NCBI GenBank assembly: GCA_964016885.1
Contig: OZ024743.1
Coordinates: 74,586,001-74,650,000, forward strand
DNA: 64,000 bases
Source: Eledone cirrhosa
Taxonomy: Eukaryota
Direction: 5' to 3'
In this document: positions 16,401 to 32,350 of the stretch, in pieces
How positions within the stretch are numbered: the first letter of the stretch is position 1
Layout: each line of letters starts with the position of its first letter
Notes under the pieces: model-generated
What the model saw: only the letters and a program-made list of their open reading frames with translations
What the model was told of the DNA's origin: nothing
Databases searched by the model: none
Position numbers and translations under genes: made by a program

Positions 16401-19400
16401 ACACAACAACACCTATCTGTAGCCATAGACACCACAACACCTATCTGTAGCCATAGACACCACAACACCTATCTGTGACCATAGACACCACAACACCTAT
16501 CTGTGACCATAGACACCACAACACCTATCTGTAGCCATAGACACCACAACACCTATCTGTGACCATAGACACCACAACACCTATCTGTGACCATAGACAC
16601 CACAACACCTATCTGTAGCCATAGACACCACAACACCTATCTGTAGCCATAGACACCACAACACCTATCTGTGACCATAGACACCACAACACCTATCTGT
16701 AGCCATAGACACCACAACACCTATCTGTAGCCATAGACACCACAACACCTATCTGTAGCCATAGACACCACAAGACCTATCTGTGACCATAGACACCACA
16801 ACACCTATCTGTAGCCATAGACACCACAACACCTATCTGTAGCCATAGACACCACAACACCTATCTGTAGCCATAGACACCACAACACCTATCTGTAGCC
16901 ATAGACACCACAACACCTATCTGTAGCCATAGACACCACAACACCTATCTGTAGCCATAGACACCACAACACCTATCTGTAGCCATAGACACCACAACAC
17001 CTATCTGTAGCCATAGACACCACAACACCTATCTGTGACCATAGACACCACAACACCTATCTGTGACCATAGACACCACAACACCTATCTGTGACCATAG
17101 ACACCACAACACCTATCTGTGACCATAGACACCACAACACCTATCTGTAGCCATAGACACCACAACACCTATCTGTGACCATTGATACCACAACACCTAT
17201 CTGTAGCCATAGACACCACAACACCTATCTGTTGTCATAGACACCACAACACCTATCTGTGACCATAGACACCGCAACACCTATCTATGACCATAGACAC
17301 CACAACACCTATCTGTGACCATAGATACCACAACACCTATCTGTAGCCATAGACACCACAACACCTATCTGTGACCATAGACACCACAACACCTATCTGT
17401 AGCCATAGACACCACAACACCTATCTGTGACCATAGACACCACAACACCTATCTGTGACCATAGACACCACAACACCTATCTGTGACCATAGATAGCACA
17501 ACACCTATCTGTAGCCATAGACACCACAACACCTATCTGTGACCATAGACACCACAACACCTATCTGTGACCATAGACACCACAACACCTATCTGTGACC
17601 ATAGACACCACAACACCTATCTGTAGCCATAGACACCACAACACCTATCAGTAGCCATAGACATCACAACTCCTATCTGTAGCCATAGACACCACAACAC
17701 CTATCTGTAGCCATAGACACCACAACACCTATCTGTGACCATAGATACCACAACACCTATCTGTAGCCATAGACACCACAACACCTATCTGTGACCATAG
17801 ACACCACAACACCTATCTGTGACCATAGACACCACAACACCTATCTGTGACCATAGACACCACAACACCTATATGTAGCCATAGACACCACAACACCTAT
17901 CTGTAGCCATAGACACCACAACACCTATCTGTGACCATAGACACCACAACACCTATCTGTGACCATAGACACCACAACACCTATCTGTGACCATAGATAC
18001 CACAACACCTATCTGTAGCCATAGACACCACAACACCTATCTGTGACCATAGACACCACAACACCTATCTGTGACCATAGACACCACAACACCTATCTGT
18101 AGCCATAGACACCACAACACCTATCTGTGACCATAGACACCACAATACCTATCTGTAGCCATAGACACCACAACACCTATCTGTAGCCATAGACACCACA
18201 ACACCTATCTGTAGCCATAGACACCACAACACCTATCTGTAGCCATAGACACCACAACACCTATCTGTGACCATAGATACCACAATACCTATCTGTAGCC
18301 ATAGACACCACAACACCTATCTGTGACCATAGACACCACAACACCTATCTGTGACCATAGACACCACAACACCTATCTGTGACCATAGACACCACAACAC
18401 CTATATGTAGCCATAGACACCACAACACCTATCTGTAGCCATAGACACCACAACACCTATCTGTAGCCATAGACACCACAACACCTATCTGTAGCCATAG
18501 ACACCACAGCACCTATCTGTAGCCATAGACACCACAACACCTATCTGTGACCATAGATACCACAACACCTATCTGTTGTCATAGACACCACAACACCTAT
18601 CTGTGACCATAGACACCGCAACACCTATCTGTGACCATAGACACCACAACACCTATCTGTGACCATAGACACCACAACACCTATCTGTAGCCATAGACAC
18701 CACAACACCTATCTGTGACCATAGACACCACAACACCTATCTGTGACCATAGACACCACAACACCTATCTGTAGCCATAGACACCACAACACCTATCTGT
18801 GACCATAGACACCACAACACCTATCTGTGACCATAGACACCACAACACCTATCTGTGACCATAGATACCACAACACCTATCTGTAGCCATAGACACCACA
18901 ACAACTATCTGTGACCATAGATACCACAACACCTATCTGTAGCCATAGACACCACAACACCTATCTGTGACCATAGACACCACAACACCTATCTGTGACC
19001 ATAGACACCACAACACCTATCTGTGACCATAGACACCACAACACCTATATGTAGCCATAGACACCACAACACCTATCTGTAGCCATAGACACCACAACAC
19101 CTATCGGTGACCATAGACACCACAACACCTATCTGTGACCATAGACACCACAACACCTATCTGTGACCATAGACACCACAACACCTATATGTAGCCATAG
19201 ACACCACAACACCTATCTGTAGCCATAGACACCACAACACCTATCTGTAGCCATAGACACCACAACACCTATCTGTGACCATAGACACCACAACACCTAT
19301 CTGTGACCATAGACACCACAACACCTATCTGTAGCCATAGACACCACAACACCTATCTGTGACCATAGACACCACAACACCTATCTGTGACCATAGACAC

Positions 19401-22400
19401 CACAACACCTATCTGTAGCCATAGACACCACAACACCTATCTGTAGCCATAGACACCACAACACCTATCTGTGACCATAGACACCACAACACCTATCTGT
19501 GACCATAGATAGCACAACACCTATCTGTAGCCATAGACACCACAACACCTATCTGTGACCATAGACACCACAACACCTATCTGTGACCATAGACACCACA
19601 ACACCTATCTGTGACCATAGACACCACAACACCTATCTGTAGCCATAGACACCACAACACCTATCAGTAGCCATAGACATCACAACCCCTATCTGTAGCC
19701 ATAGACACCACAACACCTATCTGTAGCCATAGACACCACAACACCTATCTGTGACCATAGATACCACAACACCTATCTGTAGCCATAGACACCACAACAC
19801 CTATCTGTGACCATAGACACCACAACACCTATCTGTGACCATAGACACCACAACACCTATCTGTGACCATAGACACCACAACACCTATATGTAGCCATAG
19901 ACACCACAACACCTATCTGTAGCCATAGACACCACAACACCTATCTGTGACCATAGACACCACAACACCTATCTGTGACCATAGACACCACAACACCTAT
20001 CTGTGACCATAGATACCACAACACCTATCTGTAGCCATAGACACCACAACACCTATCTGTGACCATAGACACCACAACACCTATCTGTGACCATAGACAC
20101 CACAACACCTATCTGTAGCCATAGACACCACAACACCTATCTGTGACCATAGACACCACAATACCTATCTGTAGCCATAGACACCACAACACCTATCTGT
20201 AGCCATAGACACCACAACACCTATCTGTAGCCATAGACACCACAACACCTATCTGTAGCCATAGACACCACAACACCTATCTGTGACCATAGATACCACA
20301 ATACCTATCTGTAGCCATAGACACCACAACACCTATCTGTGACCATAGACACCACAACACCTATCTGTGACCATAGACACCACAACACCTATCTGTGACC
20401 ATAGACACCACAACACCTATATGTAGCCATAGACACCACAACACCTATCTGTAGCCATAGACACCACAACACCTATCTGTAGCCATAGACACCACAACAC
20501 CTATCTGTAGCCATAGACACCACAACACCTATCTGTGACCATAGACACCACAACACCTATCTGTGACCATAGACACCACAACACCTATCTGTGACCATAG
20601 ATACCACAACACCTATCTGTAGCCATAGACACCACAACACCTATCTGTGACCATAGACACCGCAACACCTATCTGTGACCATAGACACCACAACACCTAT
20701 CTGTGACCATAGACACCACAACACCTATCTGTAGCCATAGACACCACAACACCTATCTGTGACCATAGACACCACAACACCTATCTGTGACCATAGACAC
20801 CACAACACCTATCTGTAGCCATAGACACCACAACACCTATCTGTGACCATAGACACCACAACACCTATCTGTGACCATAGACACCACAACACCTATCTGT
20901 GACCATAGATACCACAACACCTATCTGTAGCCATAGACACCACAACAACTATCTGTGACCATAGATACCACAACACCTATCTGTAGCCATAGACACCACA
21001 ACACCTATCTGTGACCATAGACACCACAACACCTATCTGTGACCATAGACACCACAACACCTATCTGTGACCATAGACACCACAACACCTATATGTAGCC
21101 ATAGACACCACAACACCTATCTGTAGCCATAGACACCACAACACCTATCGGTGACCATAGACACCACAACACCTATCTGTGACCATAGACACCACAACAC
21201 CTATCTGTGACCATAGACACCACAACACCTATATGTAGCCATAGACACCACAACACCTATCTGTAGCCATAGACACCACAACACCTATCTGTAGCCATAG
21301 ACACCACAACACCTATCTGTGACCATAGACACCACAACACCTATCTGTGACCATAGACACCACAACACCTATCTGTAGCCATAGACACCACAACACCTAT
21401 CTGTGACCATAGACACCACAACACCTATCTGTGACCATAGACACCACAACACCTATCTGTAGCCATAGACACCACAACACCTATCTGTAGCCATAGACAC
21501 CACAACACCTATCTGTGACCATAGACACCACAACACCTATCTGTAGCCATAGACACCACAACACCTATCTGTAGCCATAGACACCACAACACCTATCTGT
21601 AGCCATAGACACCACAAGACCTATCTGTGACCATAGACACCACAACACCTATCTGTAGCCATAGACACCACAACACCTATCTGTAGCCATAGACACCACA
21701 ACACCTATCTGTAGCCATAGACACCACAACACCTATCTGTAGCCATAGACACCACAACACCTATCTGTAGCCATAGACACCACAACACCTATCTGTAGCC
21801 ATAGACACCACAACACCTATCTGTAGCCATAGACACCACAACACCTATCTGTAGCCATAGACACCACAACACCTATCTGTGACCATAGACACCACAACAC
21901 CTATCTGTGACCATAGACACCACAACACCTATCTGTGACCATAGACACCACAACACCTATCTGTGACCATAGACACCACAACACCTATCTGTGACCATAG
22001 ACACCACAACACCTATCTGTATCCATAGACACCACAACACCTATCTGTGACCATAGACACCACAACACCTATCTGTAGCCATAGACACCACAACACCTAT
22101 CTGTAGCCATAGACACCACAACACCTATCTGTGACCATAGATACCACAACACCTATCTGTAGCCATAGACACCACAGCACCTATCTGTTGTCATAGACAC
22201 CACAACACCTATCTGTGACCATAGACACCGCAACACCTATCTATGACCATAGACACCACAACACCTATCTGTGACCATAGATACCACAACACCTATCTGT
22301 AGCCATAGACACCACAACACCTATCTGTGACCATAGACACCACAACACCTATCTGTAGCCATAGACACCACAACACCTATCTGTGACCATAGACACCACA

Positions 22401-23300
22401 ACACCTATCTGTGACCATAGACACCACAACACCTATCTGTGACCATAGATAGCACAACACCTATCTGTAGCCATAGACACCACAACACCTATCTGTGACC
22501 ATAGACACCACAACACCTATCTGTGACCATAGACACCACAACACCTATCTGTGACCATAGACACCACAACACCTATCTGTAGCCATAGACACCACAACAC
22601 CTATCTGTAGCCATAGACATCACAACTCCTATCTGTAGCCATAGACACCACAACACCTATCTGTAGCCATAGACACCACAACACCTATCTGTGACCATAG
22701 ATACCACAACACCTATCTGTAACCATAGACACCACAACACCTATCTGTGACCATAGACACCACAACACCTATCTGTGACCATAGACACCACAACACCTAT
22801 ATGTAGCCATAGACACCACAACACCTATCTGTAGCCATAGACACCACAACACCTATCTGTGACCATAGACACCACAACACCTATCTGTGACCATAGACAC
22901 CACAACACCTATCTGTGACCATAGATACCACAACAGCTATCTGTAGCCATAGACACCACAACACCTATCTGTGACCATAGACACCACAACACCTATCTGT
23001 GACCATAGACACCACAACACCTATCTGTAGCCATAGACACCACAACACCTATCTGTGACCATAGACACCACAACACCTATCTGTAGCCATAGACACCACA
23101 ACACCTATCTGTAGCCATAGACACCACAACACCTATCTGTAGCCATAGACACCACAACACCTATCTGTAGCCATAGACACCACAACACCTATCTGTGACC
23201 ATAGATACCACAATACCTATCTGTAGCCATAGACACCACAACACCTATCTGTAGCCATAGACATCACAACTCCTATCTGTAGCCATAGACACCACAACAC
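13200..23300 (+). repeat. Higher-order repeat domain B: related copies with periods of about 105, 100 and 72-73 monomers
   Basis: ATCGGTG at 13366/16306/19106/21150 (2940, 2800, 2044 bp). GATAGCAC at 14696/17496/19512/22452 (2800, 2016, 2940 bp). ATTGATAC at 14383/17183. CAAGACC at 13834/16774/21618. Confidence 0.85.
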
Positions 23301-24440
23301 CTATCTGTAGCCATAGACACCACAACACCTATCTGTGACCATAGATACCACAACACCTATCTGTAACCATAGACACCACAACACCTATCTGTGACCATAG
23401 ACACCACAACACCTATCTGTAGCCATAGACACCACAACACCTATCTGTAGCCATAGACACCACAACACCTATCTGTAGCCATAGACACCACAGCACCTAT
23501 CTGTAGCCATAGACACCACAACACCTATCTGTGACCATAGATACCACAACACCTATCTGTTGTCATAGACACCACAACACCTATCTGTGACCATAGACAC
23601 CGCAACACCTATCTGTGACCATAGACACCACAACACCTATCTGTGACCATAGACACCACAACACCTAACTGTGACCATAGACACCACAACACCTATCTGT
23701 GACCATAGACACCACAACACCTATCTGTAGCCATAGACACCACAACACCTATCTGTGACCATAGATACCACAACACCTATCTGTGACCATAGACACCACA
23801 ACACCTATCTGTGACCATAGATACCACAACACCTATCTGTAGCCATAGACACCACAACACCTATCTGTGACCATAGACACCACAACACCTATCTGTGACC
23901 ATAGACACCACAACACCTATCTGTGACCATAGACACCACAACACCTATCTGTAGCCATAGACACCACAACACCTATCTGTAGCCATAGACACCACAACTC
24001 CTATCTGTAGCCATAGACACCACAACACCTATCTGTAGCCATAGACACCACAACAACTATCTGTGACCATAGATACCACAACACCTATCTGTAGCCATAG
24101 ACACCACAACACCTATCTGTGACCATAGACACCACAACACCTATCTGTGACCATAGACACCACAACACCTATCTGTGACCATAGACACCACAACACCTAT
24201 ATGTAGCCATAGACACCACAACACCTATCTGTAGCCATAGACACCACAACACCTATCTGTGACCATAGACACCACAACACCTATCTGTGACCATAGACAC
24301 CACAACACCTATCTGTGACCATAGATACCACAACACCTATCTGTAGCCATAGACACCACAACACCTATCTGTGACCATAGACACCACAACACCTATCTGT
24401 GACCATAGACACCACAACACCTATCTGTAGCCATAGACAC

Positions 24441-24450
24441 CACACACCTA
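24441..24450 (+). other. Single 1-bp deletion giving a 27-bp monomer (CACAACACC to CACACACC)
   Basis: Line 24421 reads 'cacacaccta'. The phase of all later lines shifts by one base: 24361 starts acacctatct, while 24781 through 63841 start cacctatctg. Confidence 0.95.
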
Positions 24451-27400
24451 TCTGTGACCATAGACACCACAACACCTATCTGTAGCCATAGACACCACAA
24501 CACCTATCTGTAGCCATAGACACCACAACACCTATCTGTAGCCATAGACACCACAACACCTATCTGTAGCCATAGACACCACAACACCTATCTGTGACCA
24601 TAGATACCACAATACCTATCTGTAGCCATAGACACCACAACACCTATCTGTGACCATAGACACCACAACACCTATCTGTGACCATAGACACCACAACACC
24701 TATCTGTGACCATAGACACCACAACACCTATATGTAGCCATAGACACCACAACACATATCTGTAGCCATAGACACCACAACACCTATCTGTAGCCATAGA
24801 CACCACAACACCTACCTGTGACCATAGACACCATAACACCTATCTGTGACCATAGACACCACAACACCTATCTGTAGCCATAGACACCACAACACCCATC
24901 TGTGACCATAGACACCACAACACCTATCTGTGACCATAGACACCACAACACCTATCTGTAGCCATAGACACCACAACACCTATCTTTAGCCATAGACACC
25001 ACAACACCTATCTGTGACCATAGACACCACAACACCTATCTGTAGCCATAGACACCACAACACCTATCTGTAGCCATAGACACCACAACACCTATCTGTA
25101 GCCATAGACACCACAACACCTATCTGTAGCCATAGACACCACAACACCTATCTGTAGCCATAGACACCACAACACCTATCTGTGACTATAGATACCACAA
25201 CACCTATCTGTGACCATAGACACCACAACACCTATCTGTGACCATATAACACACAACACCTATCTGTAGCCATAGACACCACAACACCTATCTGTGACCA
25301 TAGACACCACAACACCTATCTGTAGCCATAGACACCACAACACCTATCTGTAGCCATAGACACCACAACACCTATCTGTAGCCATAGACACCACAACACC
25401 TATCTGTGACCATAGAACCCACAACACCTATCTGTAGCCATAGACACCACAACACCTATCTGTGACCATAGACACCACAACACCTATCTGTGACCATAGA
25501 CACCACAACACCTATCTGTAGCCATAGACACCACAACACCTATCTGTAGCCATAGACACCACAACACCTATCTGTGACCATAGACACCACAACACCTATC
25601 TGTAGCCATAGACACCACAACACCTATCTGTGACCATAGACACCACAACACCTATCTGTAGCCATAGACACCACAACACCTATCTGTAGCCATAGACACC
25701 ACAACACCTATCTGTAGCCATAGACACCACAACACCTATCTGTGACCATAGACACCACAACACCTATCTGTAGCCATAGACACCACAACACCTATCTGTA
25801 GCCATAGACACCACAACACCTATCTGTAGCCATAGACACCACAACACCTATCTGTAGCCATAGACACCACAACACCTATCTGTAGCCATAGACACCACAA
25901 CACCTATCTGTAGCCATAGGCACCACAACACCTATCTGTGACCATAGACACCACAACACCTATCTGTAGCCATAGACACCACAACACCTATCTGTAGCCA
26001 TAGACACCACAACACCTATCTGTAGCCATAGACACCACAACACCTATCTGTAGCCATAGACACCACAACACCTATCTGTAGCCATAGACACCACAACACC
26101 TATCTGTAGCCATAGACACCACAACACCTATCTGTGACCATAGACACCACAACACCTATCTGTGACCATAGACACCACAACACCTATCTGTGACCATAGA
26201 CACCACAACACCTATCTGTGACCATAGACACCACAACACCTATCTGTGACCATAGACACCACAACACCTATCTGTGACCATAGACACCACAACACCTATC
26301 TGTGACCATAGACACCACAACACCTATCTGTAGCCATAGACACCACAACACCTATCTGTGACCATAGACACCACAACACCTATCTGTGACCATAGACACC
26401 ACAACACCTATCTGTAGCCATAGACACCACAACACCTATCTGTGACCATAGACACCACAACACCTATCTGTGACCATAGACACCACAACACCTATCTGTG
26501 ACCATAGACACCACAACACCTATATGTAGCCATAGACACCACAACACCTATCTGTAGCCATAGACACCACAACACCTATCTGTGACCATAGACACCACAA
26601 CACCTATCTGTGACCATAGACACCACAACACCTATCTGTGACCATAGATACCACAACACCTATCTGTAGCCATAGACACCACAACACCTATCTGTGACCA
26701 TAGACACCACAACACCTATCTGTGACCATAGACACCACAACACCTATCTGTAGCCATAGACACCACAACACCTATCTGTGACCATAGACACCACAACACC
26801 TATCTGTAGCCATAGACACCACAACACCTATCTGTAGCCATAGACACCACAACACCTATCTGTAGCCATAGACACCACAACAACTATCTGTAGCCATAGA
26901 CGCCACAACACCTATCTGTGACCATAGATACCACAATACCTATCTGTAGCCATAGACACCACAACACCTATCTGTGACCATAGACACCACAACACCTATC
27001 TGTGACCATAGACACCACAACACCTATCTGTGACCATAGACACCACAACACCTATATGTAGCCATAGACACCACAACACCTATCTGTAGCCATAGACACC
27101 ACAACACCTATCTGTAGCCATAGACACCACAACACCTATTTGTGACCATAGACACCACAACACCTATCTGTGACCATAGACACCACAACACCTATCTGTA
27201 GCCATAGACACCACAACACCTATCTGTGACCATAGACACCACAACACCTATCTGTAGCCATAGACACCACAACACCTATCTGTAGCCATAGACACCACAA
27301 CACCTATCTGTAGCCATAGACACCACAACACCTATCTGTGACCACAGAACCCACAACACCTATCTGTAGCCATAGACACCACAACACCTATCTGTGACCA

Positions 27401-29899
27401 TAGACACCACAACACCTATCTGTAGCCATAGACACCACAACACCTATCTGTAGCCATAGACACCACAACACCTATCTGTAGCCATAGACACCACAACACC
27501 TATCTGTGACCATAGAACCCACAACACCTATCTGTAGCCATAGACACCACAACACCTATCTGTGACCATAGACACCACAACACCTATCTGTAGCCATAGA
27601 CACCACAACACCTATCTGTAGCCATAGACACCACAACACCTATCTGTAGCCATAGACACCACAACACCTATCTGTGACCATAGAACCCACAACACCTATC
27701 TGTAGCCATAGACACCACAACACCTATCTGTGACCATAGACACCACAACACCTATCTGTGACCATAGACACCACAACACCTATCTGTAGCCATAGACACC
27801 ACAACACCAATCTGTAGCCATAGACACCACAACACCTATCTGTGACCATAGACACCACAACACCTATCTGTAGCCATAGACACCACAACACCTATCTGTG
27901 ACCATAGACACCACAACACCTATCTGTAGCCATAGACACCACAACACCTATCTGTAGCCATAGACACCACAACACCTATCTGTAGCCATAGACACCACAA
28001 CACCTATCTGTGACCATAGACACCACAACACCTATCTGTAGCCATAGACACCACAACACCTATCTGTAGCCATAGACACCACAACACCTATCTGTAGCCA
28101 TAGACACCACAACACCTATCTGTAGCCATAGACACCACAACACCTATCTGTAGCCATAGACACCACAACACCTATCTGTAGCCATAGACACCACAACACC
28201 TATCTGTGACCATAGACACCACAACACCTATCTGTAGCCATAGACACCACAACACCTATCTGTAGCCATAGACACCACAACACCTATCTGTAGCCATAGA
28301 CACCACAACACCTATCTGTAGCCATAGACACCACAACACCTATCTGTAGCCATAGACACCACAACACCTATCTGTGACCATAGACACCACAACACCTATC
28401 TGTGACCATAGACACCACAACACCTATCTGTGACCATAGACACCACAACACCTATCTGTGACCATAGACACCACAACACCTATCTGTGACCATAGACACC
28501 ACAACACCTATCTGTGACCATAGACACCACAACACCTATCTGTGACCATAGACACCACAACACCTATCTGTAGCCATAGACACCACAACACCTATCTGTG
28601 ACCATAGACACCACAACACCTATCTGTGACCATAGACACCACAACACCTATCTGTAGCCATAGACACCACAACACCTATCTGTAGCCATAGACACCACAG
28701 CACCTATCTGTAGCCATAGACACCACAACACCTATCTGTGACCATAGATACCACAACACCTATCTGTAGCCATAGACACCACAACACCTATCTGTTGTCA
28801 TAGACACCACAACACCTATCTGTGACCATAGACACCGCAACACCTATCTGTGACCATAGACACCACAACACCTATCTGTGACCATAGACACCACAACACC
28901 TATCTGTAGCCATCGACACCACAACACCTATCTGTGACCATAGACACCACAACACCTATCTGTAGCCATAGACACCACAACACCTATCTGTGACCATAGA
29001 CACCACAACACCTATCTGTAGCCATAGACACCACAACACCTATCTGTGACCATAGACACCACAACACCTATCTGTGACCATAGACACCACAACACCTATC
29101 TGTGACCATAGATACCACAACACCTATCTGTGACCATAGACACCACAACACCTATCTGTGACCATAGACATCACAACACCTATCTGTAGCCATAGACACC
29201 ACAACACCTATCTGTAGCCATAGACACCACAGCACCTATCTGTAGCCATAGACACCACAACACCTATCTGTGACCATAGATACCACAACACCTATCTGTA
29301 GCCATAGACACCACAACACCTATCTGTTGTCATAGACACCACAACACCTATCTGTGACCATAGACACCGCAACACCTATCTGTGACCATAGACACCACAA
29401 CACCTATCTGTGACCATAGACACCACAACACCTATCTGTGACCATAGACACCACAACACCTATCTGTAGCCATAGACACCACAACACCTATCTGTGATCA
29501 TAGACAACACAACACCTATCTGTGACCATAGACACCACAACACCTATCTGTAGCCATAGACACCACAACACCTATCTGTGACCATAGACACCACAACACC
29601 TATCTGTGACCATAGACACCACAACACCTATCTGTGACCATAGATACCACAACACCTATCTGTAGCCATAGACACCACAACACCTATCTTTGACCATAGA
29701 CACCACAACACATATCTGTGACCATAGACACCACAACACCTATCTGTGACCATAGACACCACAACACCTATCTGTAGCCATAGACACCACAACACCTATC
29801 TGTAGCCATAGACACCACAACACCTATCTGTAGCCATAGACACCACAACACCTATCTGTGACCATAGACACCACAACACCTATCTGTGACCATAGACAC

Positions 29900-32350
29900 C
29901 ACAACACCTATCTGTAGCCATAGACACCACAACACCTATCTGTAGCCATAGACACCACAACACCTATCTGTGACCAAAGACACCACAACACCTATCTCTA
30001 GCCATAGACACCACAACACCTATCTGTAGCCATAGACACCACAACACCTATCTGTGACCATAGACACCACAACACCTATCTGTTACCATAGACACCACAA
30101 CACCTATCTGTGACTATAGATACCACAACACCTATCTGTGACCATAGACACCACAACACCTATCTGTGACCATAGAACCCACAACACCTATCTGTAGCCA
30201 TAGACACCACAACACCTATCTGTGACCATAGACACCACAACACCTATCTGTAGCCATAGACACCACAACACCTATCTGTTGCCATAGACACCACAACACC
30301 TATCTGTAGCCATAGACACCACAACACCTATCTGTGACCATAGACACCACAAAACCTATCTGTAGCCATAGACACCACAACACCTATCTGTGACCATAGA
30401 CACCACAACACCTATCTGTAGCCATAGACACCACAACACCTATCTGTAGCCATAGACACCACAACACCTATCTGTGACCATAGACACCACAACACCTATC
30501 TGTAGCCATAGACACCACAACACCTATCTGTAGCCATAGACACCACAACACCTATCTGTAGCCATAGACACCACAACACCTATCTGTAGCCATAGACACC
30601 ACAACACCTATCTGTAGCCATAGACACCACAACACCTATCTGTGACCATAGACACCACAACACCTATCTGTGACCATAGACACCACAACACCTATCTGTG
30701 ACCATAGACACCACAACACCTATCTGTGACCATAGACACCACAACACCTATATGTAGCCATAGACACCACAACACCTATCTGTAGCCATAGACACCACAA
30801 CACCTATCTGTGACCATAGACACCACAACACCTATCTGTGACCATAGACACCACAACACCTATCTGTGACCATAGATACCACAACACCTATCTGTAGCCA
30901 TAGACACCACAACACCTATCTGTGACCATAGACACCACAACACCTATCTGTGACCATAGACACCACAACACCTATCTGTAGCCATAGACACCACAACACC
31001 TATCTGTGACCATAGACACCACAACACCTATCTGTAGCCATAGACACCACAACACCTATCTGTAGCCATAGACACCACAACACCTATCTGTAGCCATAGA
31101 CACCACAACACCTATCTGTAGCCATAGACACCACAACACTTATCTGTGACCATAGATACCACAATACCTATCTGTAGCCATAGACACCACAACACCTATC
31201 TGTGACCATAGACACCACAACACCTATCTGTGACCATAGACACCACAACACCTATCTGTGACCATAGACACCACAACACCTATATGTAGCCATAGACACC
31301 ACAACACCTATCTGTAGCCATAGACACCACAACACCTATCTGTAGCCATAGACACCACAGCACCTATCTGTAGCCATAGACACCACAACACCTATCTGTG
31401 ACCATAGATACCACAACACCTATCTGTAGCCATAGACACCACAACACCTATCTGTAGCCATAGACACCACAACACCTATCTGTGACCAAAGACACCACAA
31501 CACCTATCTCTAGCCATAGACACCACAACACCTATCTGTAGCCATAGACACCACAACACCTATCTGTGACCATAGACACCACAACACCTATCTGTTACCA
31601 TAGACACCACAACACCTATCTGTGACTATAGATACCACAACACCTATCTGTGACCATAGACACCACAACACCTATCTGTGACCATAGAACCCACAACACC
31701 TATCTGTAGCCATAGACACCACAACACCTATCTGTGACCATAGACACCACAACACCTATCTGTAGCCATAGACACCACAACACCTATCTGTAGCCATAGA
31801 CACCACAACACCTATCTGTAGCCATAGACACCACAACACCTATCTGTGACCATAGACACCACAAAACCTATCTGTAGCCATAGACACCACAACACCTATC
31901 TGTGACCATAGACACCACAACACCTATCTGTAGCCATAGACACCACAACACCTATCTGTAGCCATAGACACCACAACACCTATCTGTGACCATAGACACC
32001 ACAACACCTATCTGTAGCCATAGACACCACAACACCTATCTGTAGCCATAGACACCACAACACCTATCTGTAGCCATAGACACCACAACACCTATCTGTA
32101 GCCATAGACACCACAACACCTATCTGTAGCCATAGACACCACAACACCTATCTGTGACCATAGACACCACAACACCTATCTGTGACCATAGACACCACAA
32201 CACCTATCTGTGACCATAGACACCACAACACCTATCTGTGACCATAGACACCACAACACCTATATGTAGCCATAGACACCACAACACCTATCTGTAGCCA
32301 TAGACACCACAACACCTATCTGTGACCATAGACACCACAACACCTATCTG
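29900..32350 (+). repeat. Partial duplication with a 54-monomer (1,512 bp) offset
   Basis: The variant series CCAAAGA, TCTCTAG, GTTACC, GACTATAGAT, AGAACCC, CAAAACC begins at 29977 and again at 31489. Confidence 0.8.
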
